Source: the human T2T-CHM13v2.0 reference genome, Homo sapiens
DNA length: 64,000 bases
Assembly: GCF_009914755.1 (NCBI RefSeq)
Contig: NC_060927.1
Reading direction: 5' to 3' (one strand)
Below the pieces are notes generated by a model that did no database searches, was not told where the DNA came from, and saw only the letters and a list, made by a program, of their open reading frames with translations. This document shows positions 1 to 22,180 of this stretch, piece by piece. Position numbers and translations under genes: made by a program. How positions within the stretch are numbered: the first letter of the stretch is position 1; each line of letters starts with the position of its first letter.

Positions 1-19
1 TTTTGAGACAAATACAATA

Positions 20-200
20 CATTAGGGGCATTTACTGCACTTGGCACTTTTTGTATATTAAATCCTCACAAACCATCCTTTAAAGTAGTAATGTTACCCT
101 AAATTTAGAGATAGACTGAGAAGTTCAGAAGGGTTAAGAAGTTTGCTCAGGTTACACAGCTAGTGAGTAGCAAGGCTAGGATTTTAACCACCTTGTTCTG
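20..200 (-). mobile_element. MIR SINE fragment
   Basis: actgagaagttcagaagggttaagaagtttgctcaggttacacagctagt resembles the MIR core reverse complement. Confidence 0.7.
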
Positions 201-291
201 CTTTTGGCACTCATGATGTGGAAGCACCTAATTGGAGACACACCACTGGCCAACTCAGGGTCCTTGGTTGATTCATTAAGATCTCTAACCT

Positions 292-547
292 AGCTGGGTG
301 TGCTGGCTTACACCTGTAATCCCAGCACTTTGGGAGGCTGAGGCAGGAGGGTCACTTGAGGCCAGGAGTTCAAGACCAACCTGGGCAACATAGCAAGACA
401 CCAACTTAGGAAGCTAAGGCAGGAGAATCACTTGAGCCCAGGAGGTTGAGGCTGCAGTGAGTTTTGATCAAACCACTGCACTCCAATGTGGGTGTCAGAA
501 TAAGACCCTGTCTCTAAAAAAAAAAAAAAAAAGAGAGAGAGAGAGAG
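292..547 (+). mobile_element. AluJ-like, internally deleted, A/(GA)n tail
   Basis: Left arm joined to mid right arm without the A-linker; TSD agatctct(a/g)acct at 279-291 and 548-560. Confidence 0.88.
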
Positions 548-557
548 AGATCTCTGA

Positions 558-916
<359 letters not shown>

Positions 917-1174
917 GACAATCTTATAATGTAAACATAATCTCATTTCATAAGATGAGAAAATAAGTAGTAGAAAATGAATGATTTAATCTGTGTCCAC
1001 ACAGATTAATAAAACTAATATTATCAATTATAGAATAATTGACATTCTGCTGTCATTCCTATATCACTAATAAAATGCAAAATGATCTTTTTTTTTTAAT
1101 CATATGTTCTTTGAGGACAAATGGAAGGCCTATAGTGTTTAATTATTTAAATTTAAAAAAATAAAACTTCTGGA

Positions 1175-8270
<7,096 letters not shown>

Positions 8271-9296
8271 AAAAAAATAAAACTTCTGGATTCTTTTTCC
8301 AAATTATTATTTTTACTTTGTCACATACTGTCTGGTGCAAATTTTGTCTGATGAAAAATTGGTACATAATTTAACCAAAAATAGGCTGTATATCATGGCT
8401 TGCAACCTGGAGACCTCTGGTAGATTTCTTTAGTGCATCCCAGCCAAGTGTCCTTCAGAAATTCTGTTGTTGCCAGGCTCTCTTCATTGCCCTCAAAGAG
8501 CTCTACATAAGCAGTGGTTATAAAGAGCTTTGCATGATATCTGGAGTTTCTCTAGTAATGGTCTCATGTGCCTTTACCTGTGATCCCAAAGTTAACCTTG
8601 GCTATCTATAATTTGTGATGGCAGCTATTCTTTGGGTAAACAAATTAGCTATCTCAGGGTCCATAATTTGTGTAGAAATCCTGTGCATTACATGAACTTT
8701 GAAATAGCCTAGGAATAGAGAAATTCAGTTTCTGGTTTTAGCTAATGTCTTGAGAGCTTCTTTGCTGCTTCTGTAACCTAGATAGACTTTGCTGTCACAT
8801 CATGTTCCAAGCATTTGTTGCCATTCAGATGCAGAATGCTTTGAAGTCATCATTTGTCATTCATTCTTCCAGGAACACCTAGAATTCTTAAATAGTTTTT
8901 TGGTTCTTTACTTTCCACTTTATCCAGGTAATGGTTGAGATAAGGCACTTTATCCCAGAGTGTTTCTGGTAAAATGTTTCCATGTCAGTTTCTCTGAGTA
9001 GTCTTTCATCCATCCTGCTGTTGTTACTGCCTTTTTCCATTAAGGAGCCTGTGAATCCTCAAACAGCCTGAGAGAATGGGCCCTGGATTTTAGGAACTAG
9101 GCCATGCCTGGTTGATACCTTTCTACTAGGAAGTCCAGAGTGTTCTTTATTTAAATGTTTGTTATTTCAGTCAAACTGGATTGAAGGATAAAGTGAAACT
9201 AAGAATGAAGGAGGTACTCATTGATTTATCCAGTTACAAGTCAGTCTAGGAGCAAAGTTATAACAGTATCTCTTATTTTATTCGTCATTTGCTACC

Positions 9297-9454
9297 CTTT
9301 TTTTAAAGATAGAGGGTCTTGCTTTGTCACCCAGGCTAGAAGGCAGTGGTGCAGTCGTAGCATACTGTAAGTTCACACTCCTGGGCTCAAGTGATTCTCC
9401 TGCCTCAGCCTCACAAAGTGCTGGGATCATAGGCCAGACCCACTGTGCCTGGCC
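9297..9454 (-). mobile_element. Alu monomer (FRAM/FAM-like)
   Basis: Single ~150-nt Alu arm with polyT. Confidence 0.75.
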
Positions 9455-9608
9455 CTGCTTTCTTAGAAAAAAAGAACTTTATAATATGAATTTGTTGATA
9501 ACTCCTGTTAGCTTTTGGCACTGTTTATATTCAAAATAGTTCAGTGAGACTAGTTACAGGGTTATGCCTACCCAGAAACATGCTTTCATATACCTTGATT
9601 ATGTGTGC

Positions 9609-9714
9609 TTTTTTAAAAAAAATTTTTTTATATTAAAAACATTTTTAAAATAAAAATTTTAAAAATTTTAAAAAATATTTAAAAATTAAAAAAATTTTTT
9701 AAAATATTTTATTT
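9609..9714. repeat. A/T-tract low-complexity region
   Basis: ~105 nt of alternating An/Tn runs with a single C. Confidence 0.85.
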
Positions 9715-10559
9715 CTTTATATACATACATAAAATCTAGAATAATATGACTTAAAATTTGTGATCTGTGAATTTCATCTGATATTGATTACATATTATTT
9801 GTTACATATACTCCCTCTATTTTTTTTTTAAATCTCAAACATTGCAAAACAAACAGTGTTCACATGGTGTTTTAAGATAAATATCAGCCCCTGTGATATT
9901 TGCAACATTACAGCATGGTAACTACATTACTGAAACTTAGAAAGCTTAATATAAAAAATTGCAAAACAAAAGGAAAAAATAAACTTTGGACAGGTATATT
10001 AGAGATAGTAATTATTGAATTTTGAGGTAAAGAAAGAAACAATCACTTTTATTTCACATTCAAGTATATATTCTAAAGAATATTTAATGTATTTGCTTGT
10101 TTCTGTGGCAGAGAAAAGCAGCAAATCCATTAGTATATATGTTAAGTAAATGTTTGTAGAAGATCTGTATAGATGCTAAACGCAGCGTATACATAACATG
10201 AACAAGACATAAAGCAAAAGTCTGCCCTCTAGGAGCCTCCAGTCTTGTCAGACTAGAGGAGATATTCAGGTAAACACTGGCAGTGGTATATGCTGATTCG
10301 AGTAATTAGGAGTTCGTGGGAACAGAGGGTAAGAAAAACCCCTTTATAGTTAGAGATGTAGATGGATCAAGAGAAACTTACCTAAAGAGTCCTAATTCTT
10401 GAAGCACAATTAGGAATTAAACAGATTGGCTAGGCACAGGTAGCATTCAATGTGGAGGATAAACCATGTTTAAAAGAAAAGAGCTATAAGGGAACATGTA
10501 TCCTTAGAGACCTTACTTACAGTCAGAAAAATGTACCTATATCTGTAGAAAACCACATA

Positions 10560-10708
10560 GTGTGTGGAACTAGAATCACCTAGGAGCTTTCAAAAAATAC
10601 TGCCACTTACCAGAGATTCTGACGAGTGAGGAGTGGCCAGGGCATTCACGGTTTAAAAGTCCTCCGGATGATTTTAATGGACACCTGGTTCATTGTGTGA
10701 AAACCACT
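10560..10708. mobile_element. MER5-like hAT-Charlie MITE
   Basis: tagaatcacctaggagctttcaaaaaatactg...cagagattctga...aaaaccact. Confidence 0.65.
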
Positions 10709-10719
10709 TTATCACAACC

Positions 10720-11110
10720 ACTTGGAATCAGACATACCTGTGGTCACATCCTAGGCCTTTGATTCACTCATTTGTGTCTATAGACACATAATCTTTGTGA
10801 TCCTTTTTCCTTATCTGCAAAAATGGGGCTAATACCCACTTCAGAAGGCTGCAATTCACTCATTCATTCATTCACTCAAGTACTAATTCAACAGGTATTT
10901 ATTGAGCGCCTACTGTGTGCCAGGCATTGTTCCAGGCTCTGGAGATTTAGTAGGGAACTAAACAGATCTCTTCTGATCTGTACCCCTCAAAAAACACAAA
11001 AGAAAAGAAAATTACCAAGGGAATTTATACTCTACTGTTGTAAGGATTAAATACAATAAATAGCACCGATAAAGCACTCAGCATGATGCTGACACAAAAT
11101 AAATAAGGAA
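10720..11110. mobile_element. MIR (+) interrupted by an L2 3' end (-, ~10855-10970)
   Basis: ttatctgcaaaaatggggctaatac and gttgtaaggattaaat...aaagcactcagc flank cattcattcattca...tttattgagcgcctactgtgtgccaggcattgt. Confidence 0.65.
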
Positions 11111-11684
11111 TTACTACTAATAATCATGTTTGCATAGTTAACTGGGGTCATAATATGAAATTAACACTTTGATTTATAATGAAGTCTGATTACCTTAATG
11201 GAATCAATGTCTGATTTAAAACAAACAAGTGATTAACCCATAAACAGCACCAGAATTAGTAAGTTTGTACTTTGTTTTTCTCTGATGAGGATGTTCATTG
11301 GCAAAAGGCAATTATAAACCAAACTTTCTTATGTCTTTCAGGAACAGAGATACTTACAAATCATTATCACAAGAATATAGTCAGTATCAAATATACCAAT
11401 TACATTGTTATATGTTATCCTTCAGAGAAAACAGGATGCCACTTGATAACAACATTGCATTAATATCTGTCTTTGAGATTCTGCTGAACCCCCTGCAGGT
11501 TAGCTTTTGGAATAGAAAACTGGCAGTAGTGCAGGTCAAGTGCTTTCCTAATCTGATTTCTCTGATTAGGGCACTCTCTGATGGGGCTAGCAGTGACCTA
11601 TCTTCAACATGGCGCTCCTTGAAAAAACAATATAACTAAAGTGATGTAACAAATTTACAAAAATTTAAAATAAATGAAGGAATG

Positions 11685-11731
11685 GTGTGTGTTTGTGTGT
11701 GTGTGTGTGTGTGTCTGTCTGTCTGTCTGTC
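11685..11731. repeat. (TG)n(TCTG)n microsatellite
   Basis: Direct reading. Confidence 0.9.
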
Positions 11732-13019
11732 TTTTGGAATCAAGTTTCAAAGTATAAAGCTATTGTTACTGATTGTCTGCCTGTTCGGCAAATAGCTCTA
11801 CTTATCGAAAGAGGGAACAATTTGAGATAGTGCTTGCTGAATAGTTGATGTTTCACATTTTTAAACGCTCCTACCGACTTTACTTGGGGACAGTGCCCTA
11901 AAATTGTTCAGATTTGAATTTGCTCTGCTGAATTAAAGTGAAAGATCAATTGTCTTGATGACTCTATAGAAACAACTCAGGAAATATTATTGCCAGTTAT
12001 TAAAAGCAGTATTTTTACATAATAAAAGTATTATTCTGCCTGTAATGTGCAACAGCTGCATCATATGCATTTTTAGATTTCCAGTGTATTTTATTTGACG
12101 AGATTTAGAGAGCTGAGTTTTATTAGCCTCTGGTCTCATTTTATTAAAATAAAAATTGCTTTTTCTTCCAAAAACATTTTTAAATTTGACCTTTGCTTTT
12201 AAATAATTATAGTAGATTATGTGCAATAATATAAACATCTCAATAACTTTCTGAAGTATACATTAAAAATGCACTATCTGGAAATACATGTTTATTCATA
12301 GTAAAAGAATGCAAAGAGGAATGATAATGAATAGCTTCTGTTGTCCATTTGCTAAACTAGTCTGTTAGTCCCCTGACATAGACTCTTTTAGTCTTCTATG
12401 CTAAATTTCTTATAATTCTTAAATGACTAATATAGAAATTAGGGTGCTGGTCTGGCTGGATTTTCATATGCAATCTGACAATGTATAACAAAGTACAAGT
12501 TTAACCTGAATATCCTTGAATAGAAATCCAAGTTCAACATATATTCAGTATACAATCAATCCTTGTCCTGCTGTCACCTGGGCAGAGAGTGGACAGTGGC
12601 ACAGCATTAAGTCAGCTGCGGCTCAGGGAAGTGTTGGTGGACAGAGAATGCCCTAGGCCCTAGTTTCTGACAGCTTGTTGATAAGATTTGGAATGCACAG
12701 ATAGTTCTTGTTGTCTGCAGGTTGCTGCTTTGTGCTGGGAGGGGTTGGGGATTAGAGGTGCTACTTGAGGGCACTTCATCAGGCAAGAGCCATCGACCTG
12801 GCAGAGCAGCTAAACATGGCATTCAAACCAACATGTTCAGAGGCATAATTATTTTAAGTTGAAATGGTATAATCTATATTGTATTGTTTCTTCTCAATGA
12901 ATCACATTAGGTATTACATATTCTGTTTTTTCATATTTTTGTTAGTAAAAATGTATAGCTAAATGCAAAGAGTTTGTTTCCCAAGCAATTTTTGAGGTCA
13001 ACAGAAGAGTTCCCTAAGA

Positions 13020-13230
13020 AAGGCCTTCTTAACATTGACAGTATTGACTTTTGGGGCTGGATAATTCTTTGTTGCGAGGGGCTGTCTTGTATGTTGTAGG
13101 ACACTTAGCAGCATCCCTGGCGTCCATCCATTGAATATAATAGTTCCCCTCCAGCTGTGACAACCAAAAATGTCTTTAGACATTGCCAGGTGTCTCCTGA
13201 GAGGCAAAATAACTCAGTTGAAAACCACTG
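13020..13230. mobile_element. MER20 DNA transposon
   Basis: ttggggctggataattctttgttg...gtgacaaccaaaaatgtctttagacattgcca...gttgaaaaccactg; 8-bp TSD ccctaaga at 13012-13019 and 13231-13238. Confidence 0.9.
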
Positions 13231-14617
13231 CCCTAAGAAAAAGGGAATACTTGAAATTCATTTTATTTTTCTAAATATAGAATCAGGGCCAGAGTGAATA
13301 GAGGATATATTTTATCTTTTAACAAATTTCTTTTGTACTATAAGAATTACATTTGTAATATATACCTTATATTGCAAAAAGTTTTACTACAGAGCTCTCT
13401 TGAATACTACATATATTCAGATATCATGTAACTTCTTATTCCTGTCAGATGGCAGAATTAGTTATTAATACATTCTAATGTCTCTTTTATTCTAAAGAGT
13501 CTTCTATAATTCTGTTCATTACTGCTGAGTAAAGAAAATAAATTGTTAAATATTACCTTAAAGAACAGCATCCGTTTTGCCTACAAGCTTTTGTGTTTCA
13601 GAAACAAACATTATTAAACGAAGCATTAAACTTCAAGAATTAGAATTGAGACTCTATTAGGAAGTTAAAAATGTACTATGAATAAGGTATGAAATTGTGT
13701 TCTGTTATACTTTAAATACTAGAAAAACAAATTGTTAGATTTCAGGTAAATTAATGCTATTCAAGAACAAATATATTTTATGATATGCAAGTTTGCATAT
13801 CAACAAATAGAAACAATCCTTATATATCCACGAAAGCATTTCTGGAAGAAATTCTGTCTTGTAGCAGTTTATTCAGTGCTGCCATATGTATTTCCTTGAC
13901 CAATCATGTAGCATTTCTTTAGTAGCAGTTCTACTTCAAACTTCACATTTCAGACTTGTTTTCCCCTAATAAGGTGTGATAGGCTAGTGGAACACTTATA
14001 ATTTCCCCCAGGAAAATCACCATCAAGTAAATATACCAAACACTTTATCTTATGTGCTCAAAAGGCAAGGTGTCATCATCACCTTTCACATACCCCATGA
14101 GATTTATTTACAGCTTACATTGACTGTGAAACTCTTTTATCCCCTGGGAGTTCTACTTTATTTATTCCAGATAATAGGACACTTGCAACCTATTAACAGT
14201 TGTAAACAGGTCTTTCAAGTACATCTGACATAGCAATTACAAAATGTATTTGTTAGACAAATATCTAGAATTAAATCAGGACAAAGATGAAGATTAGATG
14301 ACCACAAGAAGTTTCTGCATAGTTTATCTATTTTTCAAAAAAAAAATACAAGTATTATAGACCCTCAGCTACAAAATTCCAGTGAATAATTTAATGGATA
14401 TTTTACTTATTATATTTTAGAAAAACATTGATTTGATGAATGTTTATTTAATAAAACAGCCTTACCCTAAATGATAGTAAATGAACACAGGATTAAAGGG
14501 AAGGAGGGAAGGCCTAAGGAAGAATGGATAGATGGATGGAGGACAAATGTATAATTAAGAATATCAACTTTGAGCTGAGACCTGCATGTTAAATTTTGCT
14601 TTTATTTTATTTTTCAG

Positions 14618-14821
14618 CCAATGTTTTCAGTTGCACCAAGCTTAGCCACCAATGCATCAGCAGCCGCCTTTAATCCCTATCTGGGACCTGTTTCTCCAAG
14701 CCTGGTCCCGGCAGAGATCTTGCCGACTGCACCAATGTTGGTTACAGGGAATCCGGGTGTCCCTGTACCTGCAGCTGCTGCAGCTGCTGCACAGAAATTA
14801 ATGCGAACAGACAGACTTGAG
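14618..14821 (+). CDS. MBNL1: MBNL1 exon 3 (204 nt, Ala/Pro-rich linker between the ZnF pairs; alternative, frame-preserving)
   Basis: ttttcag|CCAATG...CTTGAG|gtagga; encodes PMFSVAPSLATNASAAAFNPYLGP...AAAAAAAQKLMRTDRLE. Confidence 0.97.
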
Positions 14822-15369
14822 GTAGGAATGACTAGTTGGTGTCTTTATATACTACATTCTAATTCTCAAAGTGTGGTTTTTTGTTTGTTTGTGTGTTTCC
14901 ATGGCCAAAAAGTTGTAAAAATTTTAAAACAGATTTTGGCTTAGGGTTTGGAACATTTTACTAGAGTATAGATAATGCTGTATTTGATTAATGTAACGTT
15001 TATAAAGGCTACAACATCCATGTTTAGAATAGTGGATAAGAGGTTGGACGCTAAAGTCACATTGCCTGGTTACATCACTGTACCTCAATTTCCTCATCTT
15101 TAAAACGGCGCTTACCTCAAAGAGTTAGGGGAATATCTGGCACATAGCAAATGCCTCCTGAATGTTTGTTGTTGTTGTTGTTGTTGCAGCTATCAAGAAT
15201 AACAAATATTATCAATCCCCTAAAAATTGTTCTCATAAAGATTAACAAATATTAGTGTCTATAAAACATTTTACAATTTATTATTGCAAGTTTCCTCATA
15301 AGCTGTACAATATTTTGGTTGAAGTAGAAAGAAAACCTTATGAAGTATGCTCTCATAAAAGTTTTTTGC

Positions 15370-15692
<323 letters not shown>

Positions 15693-15947
15693 CTAGAGTA
15701 AAGGATGATCAGATGTGTGGGCTCTGCTGTTGGTACATGAAAAAGATATTAAAGTTTTAAATCTTATTTCAAAGTGGTTGTTCAGAATTTCAGCATGACT
15801 GTGAATTAATGAATTTGGTAAACTATAGATGTAGAGAAAAAGTGACAGCATCAAATGTACACTGAAGGTACAAACGTGTCATTCATTGAACCCACCTAAA
15901 GAACAAAATGACCTTTTCCTCTTTTCCCTGGTGAGGATGAGGCAATA

Positions 15948-17945
15948 TATTTTTTTAACTTGCATTTTAGGTTCAGGAGTACATGTGCAGGTTTTTATAT
16001 AGGTAAACTTCATATCATGAGGGTTTGGTGTAGAGATTATTTCATCACCCAGATAATAAGCGCAATACCCAATAGGTACTTTTTCTGATCCTCTCCCCTC
16101 TCCCACCATCCACCCTCAAATAGGCCCTAACATCTGTTATTTCCCTCTTTGTGTCCATGAGGTCTCATCATTTAGCCCCCACTTACAAGTGAGAACATGT
16201 GGTTATGTGGTTTCCTGCTTCTGTATTAGTTTGCTTAGGATAATGGCCTCCAGCTCAATCTGTGTTGCTGCAAAGGACATGATCTCATTCTTTTTTATGT
16301 CTGCATAGTATTCCATGGTGTATATGTACCACATTTTCTTTATCCAGGCTACTATTGATGGGCACTTAAGTTGATTCTATGTTTTGCTATTGTGAATAGT
16401 GCTGCAGTGAATACACGTGTGTGTCTTTATGGTAGAATGATTTATATTCCTTTGGGTATATACCCAGTAATGGGATTACTGGGTCGAATGGTATTTCTGT
16501 TTTTAGGTCTTTGAGGAATTGCCACACTGTGTTCCACAATGGTTGAATTAATTTGCACTCCTACCAGCAGTGTATAATTGTTTCTTTTTCTTTGCAACCT
16601 TGTCAACATTCATTATTTTTTGACTTTTTAATAATAGACATTTTAACTGGTGTGAGATGGTATCTAGTGGTTTTGATTTGCATTTCTCTAATGATTAGTG
16701 ATAATGGGAATTTTTCATATGCTTGTTGGCCACATGTATATCTTTCTTTGAAAAGCATCTGTTTATATCCTTCACCCACTTTGTAATAGGGTTGTTTGTT
16801 TTTTGCTCGTAAATTTAAGTTCCTTACAGATTCTAGATATTAGACCTTTGTGGGATGCATAGTTTGTAAATATTTTCTCCCATTCTGTAGGCTGTTTACT
16901 CTGTTGATAGTTTCTTTGGCTGTGTAGAAGCTCTTTAGTTTAATTAGATATCATTTTTCCATTTTTTTTTTTCGTTGCGATTGCTTTTGGCATATTTGTC
17001 ATGAAATCTTTGCCAGGTCCTATGTCAAGAATGGTATTTCCTAGGTTATCTTCCAGGGTTTTTATAGTTTTGGGTTTTACATTTAAGCCTTTAATCCGTC
17101 TTGAGTTGATTTTTGTATATGGTGTAAGGAGGGGGTCCAGTTTCAATCTTCTGTGTATGGCTAGCCAGTTATCCTAGCACCATTTATTGAATAGGGAGTC
17201 CTTTCCTCATTGCTTGTTATTGTCAACTTTGTTGGAGATCAAATGGTTGTAAGTGTGCTGCATTATTTCTGGGCTCTCTGTTCTGTTCCATTGGTCTGTG
17301 TGTCTTTTTTTGCACCAGTACCATGCTGTTTGGGTTACTGTAGCCTTGTAGTATAGTTTGAGTCAGGTAATGTGATGCCTACAGCTTTGTTATTTTTGCT
17401 TAAGATTGCATTGGCTATCCAGGCTCTTTTTTTATTCCATATGAATTTTTAAATAGTTTTTTTTCTAATTCTGTGAAGAATGTCATTGGTAGTTGGACAG
17501 GAATAACATTGAATGTATAGCTTGCTTTGAGCAGTATGGCCATTTTAATGTTACTGATTCTTCCTATCCATGAGCATGGAATGTTTTTCAGTTTGTTATG
17601 TGTCATCCATGATTTCTTTGAGGAGTGTTTTGTCATTCTCATTTTAGAGAGCTTTCACCTCCCTGCTTAACTGTTATTCCTAAGTATTTTATTCTTTTTG
17701 TGGCAATTGTGAATGGGAATGCACTCCTGATTTGGCTCTCGGCTTGGATGTTGCTGGTTTATAGGAATGCTACTGATTTTTATACATTGATTTTGTGTCC
17801 TGCAACTTTGCTGAAGTTGTTTATCAGATCAGGGAGCTTTTGGGCCGAGACTATGGGGTTTTCTAAATAAAGAAACAAGTTGTCTGCAAACAGGGATAAT
17901 TTGACTTCCTCTCTTCCTATTTGGATACCTTTTATTTCCTCCTCC
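15948..17945 (-). mobile_element. 5'-truncated L1 (older L1PA), antisense
   Basis: ORF2 C-terminal fragments on - strand ([16 protein letters not shown]); TSD tgaggatgaggcaata at 15932-15947 and 17946-17961. Confidence 0.93.
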
Positions 17946-19624
17946 TGAGGATGAGGCAATACTTAGTGCTGATAAATTTTACTGAGAAACTGGCAAACTG
18001 AGGCTGTTGTATGAACATAATTGATTCTAATACTTTGTCAGTTTAGCAGGAATTTAGTTAATAAGCTGATTTATTATTTATTAACTTTTGTTGCATATAT
18101 TACAAAGGCTGTCAGATTTTAGCATATTGACAATCATATACCAGACACATGCATCGCAGGTTTAATGCTCAAAACAATCTTATGAGGAAGATACTATTAT
18201 TAATTCTCTTTTACAGGGAAATGATTTTAGGAGAAGAGATGTGAAGCAACTCTTTCTTGTTAGGTAGATACACCTGATACACCTGGATTTTTGAGTGATT
18301 TGTCATTACACAACTGTACTTGCTTATTAATTAACTAATGCTGTTTGCAGATGGATTAAGAGGAAACTTAAAAATTTTTAAATATCTGAAATTATTGGAT
18401 CCTCAGCATGTGAAGCAGTTTTATTCCCCCAACCTTTCTAAAGCAAACCCTGAGTTCTTAATGCATAATTGTTGATTGATTAGTGGGATCCAAATAAGAA
18501 GTCTGAGATTAACTTTAATGAATTAATTATTAATAGATGATATTCAAAAAGCTGGTTATAACTCTTCTAATCCAATCCTGCCACATTCACAGTTTCAGGT
18601 AGTTTGTTACTGGTTATATTTTGTAGTGCTTAATTGAAATGAAGACTTTTGTCTTTGAGTTTTTTCTTTTTGTGAGGAGCTACTTAGCGTATTTTGTCTG
18701 TTTTCTTTTGCTGTAGTCAGCACAAACGGTTACAACTGCATCAACTGTCATTTCCCTTTTATCTGAATCCTGCTGATCTAAATGCTTGATTGTAGTGCAG
18801 CTTCCTGTCTTATTCTTGTTAACAGGATCTGATCCAGTGTCACAGTTACAACCTGTTAGGATACTGCCGTGTGAAGCTCAGAGGCTTATCTTTCTGCTCT
18901 GTGCTTGTGATTTTAGACAATCCTATCTGCAGGTTATTTCCTCGCATGCTAATTGCATTACGTATTGAAGTCTAAAAGACATGGCAATAAATGCACACAC
19001 TTATTAATTGACCAAATGTTTGGTCATTTGGCATTTAAATGTATACTCTACTTCTTCCTTGTGAAATTCTGAAGCATATTTTTGAATGTTGAGTTCCTTC
19101 TGAGGTGAAAAATTTTCGGAATCAGTTAAACTATTGGCCAGTTCTTCTTGCCACTTCTTCCTCTCTTTTTACTGCAACTTGTTAGACAGTAAAGAAATTT
19201 AAAATACCATAGATTGTCAGCCTTCTGGTTCTTACATAATTGCTTAAAACTGACATCTTTACAGCACCCAGTGTGATACTACAGAAAAAAAATGTTAAAT
19301 TGGAAAACAGGAATTCAAGAATTACTGCATGTGATGTTGCTAATTAGGTGAGTCAGCTTGGATCGAGATGCTCTTATTCTCTGGGCTTCATATTCCTTAC
19401 ATGTAAAATTAGGGGGTTGCACCAGATAATCTCTAAGGTCACTTCCAGTTAGAACATTCTAGGGACATTTAGGTCATTTTCTTGTTTTTAACACCAGCCA
19501 CAAGCTACTGAAACATTTATTTTTAAAAATTATATACATATATCTATAAGCATATATTACATATATCACATATACACACAACATGAGATTTATATCAATA
19601 TTCATATTATCCTTTCTTTACTGA

Positions 19625-19894
<270 letters not shown>

Positions 19895-20459
19895 AGCAAT
19901 TTCTTTCCAGGATTATGTTAAGAAATTATTCAAATCTGTAGAGTCTAGGAAAGACTGAGTGTTTTAGCCATACCCCTGCTTTACTACAAAGAGTTAGTAA
20001 TTGGAGAAATCATTGTTTGACTTATTTTCAAGATGCACAGTAATTTTTTATGGTGCAAAAAGAATTCATGAATGCATTCATTCTCTCATTTACTGAACGA
20101 TATTCAGTAGAAAACTGTTGAAAATATTTCAAGTAGAAGATGTGAGAAATGTCTTTGAAATGCTTTAATTCCTGTCTTATCAATGACAATAAAAGATCCA
20201 CATGAGAATAGTGCCCAAACTCATGACTGATGCCCAGTAACTTGTTAAATGAATGGATAAATGAGTCAGTCAACCAGTTACTCAGGTAATTAAACACAGA
20301 AAGATACATCCCCTTATTCAGGACTCAGGGTAATCCCACAGAGGTACTAAAATATAAAAAATGTTTATCATGTGTTAACATTCTCCTTGGAAACATGTTT
20401 GCATTTTGAGCACTTCAGCTATAAAATACAGCATCTTGGTTATGCACCTAGACCTAAAG

Positions 20460-20620
20460 GAGTGGTTTTCATACTTTAATGAGATTAGAATCACATGGGG
20501 TGATTGTTAAAAATGTAGGACCTCATCCCCAAAGATTGATTCAGTAGATCTGCAGTGGGGTTTGATAATATTTTTCTGCCATGTGATTCTAAATGCAAAT
20601 AGTTAAAAACACATGCACTA
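20460..20620. mobile_element. MER5-like fragment
   Basis: agtggttttc...ttagaatcacatggggtgattgttaaaaatgtag...gattcagtagatctg. Confidence 0.6.
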
Positions 20621-21610
20621 AAAGATACTAGCATCTCTTATTTAGGCTTCAACTTTTTCATCGTTTACTTAATGTATTTGTAAATGATATGGTTTTTTGT
20701 GAAACTTAATTAAAAATCTGTCTCCTCAGATAAGTTGGTAAGAACACTGTGCATGGCATAGTGAAATACTTTAGGTAAACAATGATGACTGTTAAGGTAA
20801 TTCATATTACATAGGCGTAATCCAATAAAAACCAGGGGACACGTATTCCAGACACTGATGAAAACATTAGATTGACATTTGGTTAGCTGCACCATTTTTA
20901 CATCAGCAGTCTATATGAGAAAAGCATGAGTATTCCAGGAAAGGTGGGCAAACGACTTGGTTTCTGATAGTTTCAGTTCGCGTTTGCTTGTATTAAAATA
21001 TAAAATAAATTATTCTTGGCTGAAAGTTTTATTCTGTGAGGTAATCATTACACAAGTTTCTAATTTGGGCCACTAATTGTTGTATGTTTCCATTACTTAC
21101 ACAGAAGAATCTAATAACCCTTTTCATGTAGGCAGAAAAAAATATAATACCCATTGACTACAAAAAATAGAACGTTTAAAGCTAAATGAGGATTAGAATG
21201 ACAGTGAAAAGCATGCCTATGTTGGGATTTTTTAGGTGTTTAGTGGATTTAACATGATGGGATAAAAGACTTTCTATTCAGAAAAGATTAGGAAAGAAGA
21301 TGCTTTTAATAATGTAGGAAAGTCTTATCGGTAGGATTATTTTAATTTTGCATTTTTGTAGAGGATGTTTGGCTACTGCTTGTGTGACTTTTTTTACTAT
21401 CTCCAGAAAATTGCCAAGAAACCTTAAGAGTTTTCACATAGAGGTTTATGTAGGTTGTTTTTTTATATCTGTAATAAACTTTAGAATGGCTCTTAAAAAT
21501 GTAGTCACATCTTCATTTAAACAATTTAATACACTATGGCTCTGTCAATTATTAATCTATGTGATTAGAGTTTTGATATGGTATAGAGTATAGTAATTGC
21601 TATATTAAGA

Positions 21611-21780
21611 ACAGTGGTTCACACCTGCAGTCCCAGCTACTTGAGAGACTTAGGTGGGAGGATCACTTGAGCAGGGAGGTTGAGGCTGCAGTGAACTGAG
21701 ATTGCACCACTGCACTCCAGACTGAGTGACAGAGGGAGACCCTATCTCAAGTAGTAATAATAATAATAATAATAACATAA
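21611..21780 (+). mobile_element. Alu right-arm monomer (FRAM/AluJ) with (TAA)n tail
   Basis: tcccagctacttgagagacttaggtgggaggatcacttgag...cactgcactccag. Confidence 0.82.
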
Positions 21781-22180
21781 ATGAAATAAGGTAATGGCTA
21801 ATTTGGTGTATTGACAAGCTTGTTTCAAAGTTGTGTCTATTTTCCTGTCCTCTTGGGTTTGCACAGTCATTCATGGGAATGAATAAATGACAACGTGGAA
21901 GTGGATTTAATGGTTCTGTCTTTGGTCATTCCTATTCAGATTTTATTTTATGTTTTTATAAGAGATCAAGTGGTAGATTCTTAGTTCTGTTACCTATAGA
22001 AGCATGCTTGTGTTTTCTGGCCTGAATAGTAATGATGGAGTCTGCCTTTTAGGCTTCAAAGAATGCTCCCATTTGATCCTAACAGAAATACTATGAGGTA
22101 GCTAAAGTAGGTGTCCTTTTCTTGAATTTTTTTGGAAGGAGAAAAATTGATCAAATATGTACAATTATTGAATAACCAAA

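Noticed and set aside
11604-11616. YY1-like motif caacatggcg as an internal promoter
   Set aside because: A single short motif with no CpG island or other promoter evidence.
14770-14792. gcagctgctgcagctgctgc as an expandable CUG/CAG repeat
   Set aside because: Short, interrupted poly-Ala codons, not a pure triplet tract.
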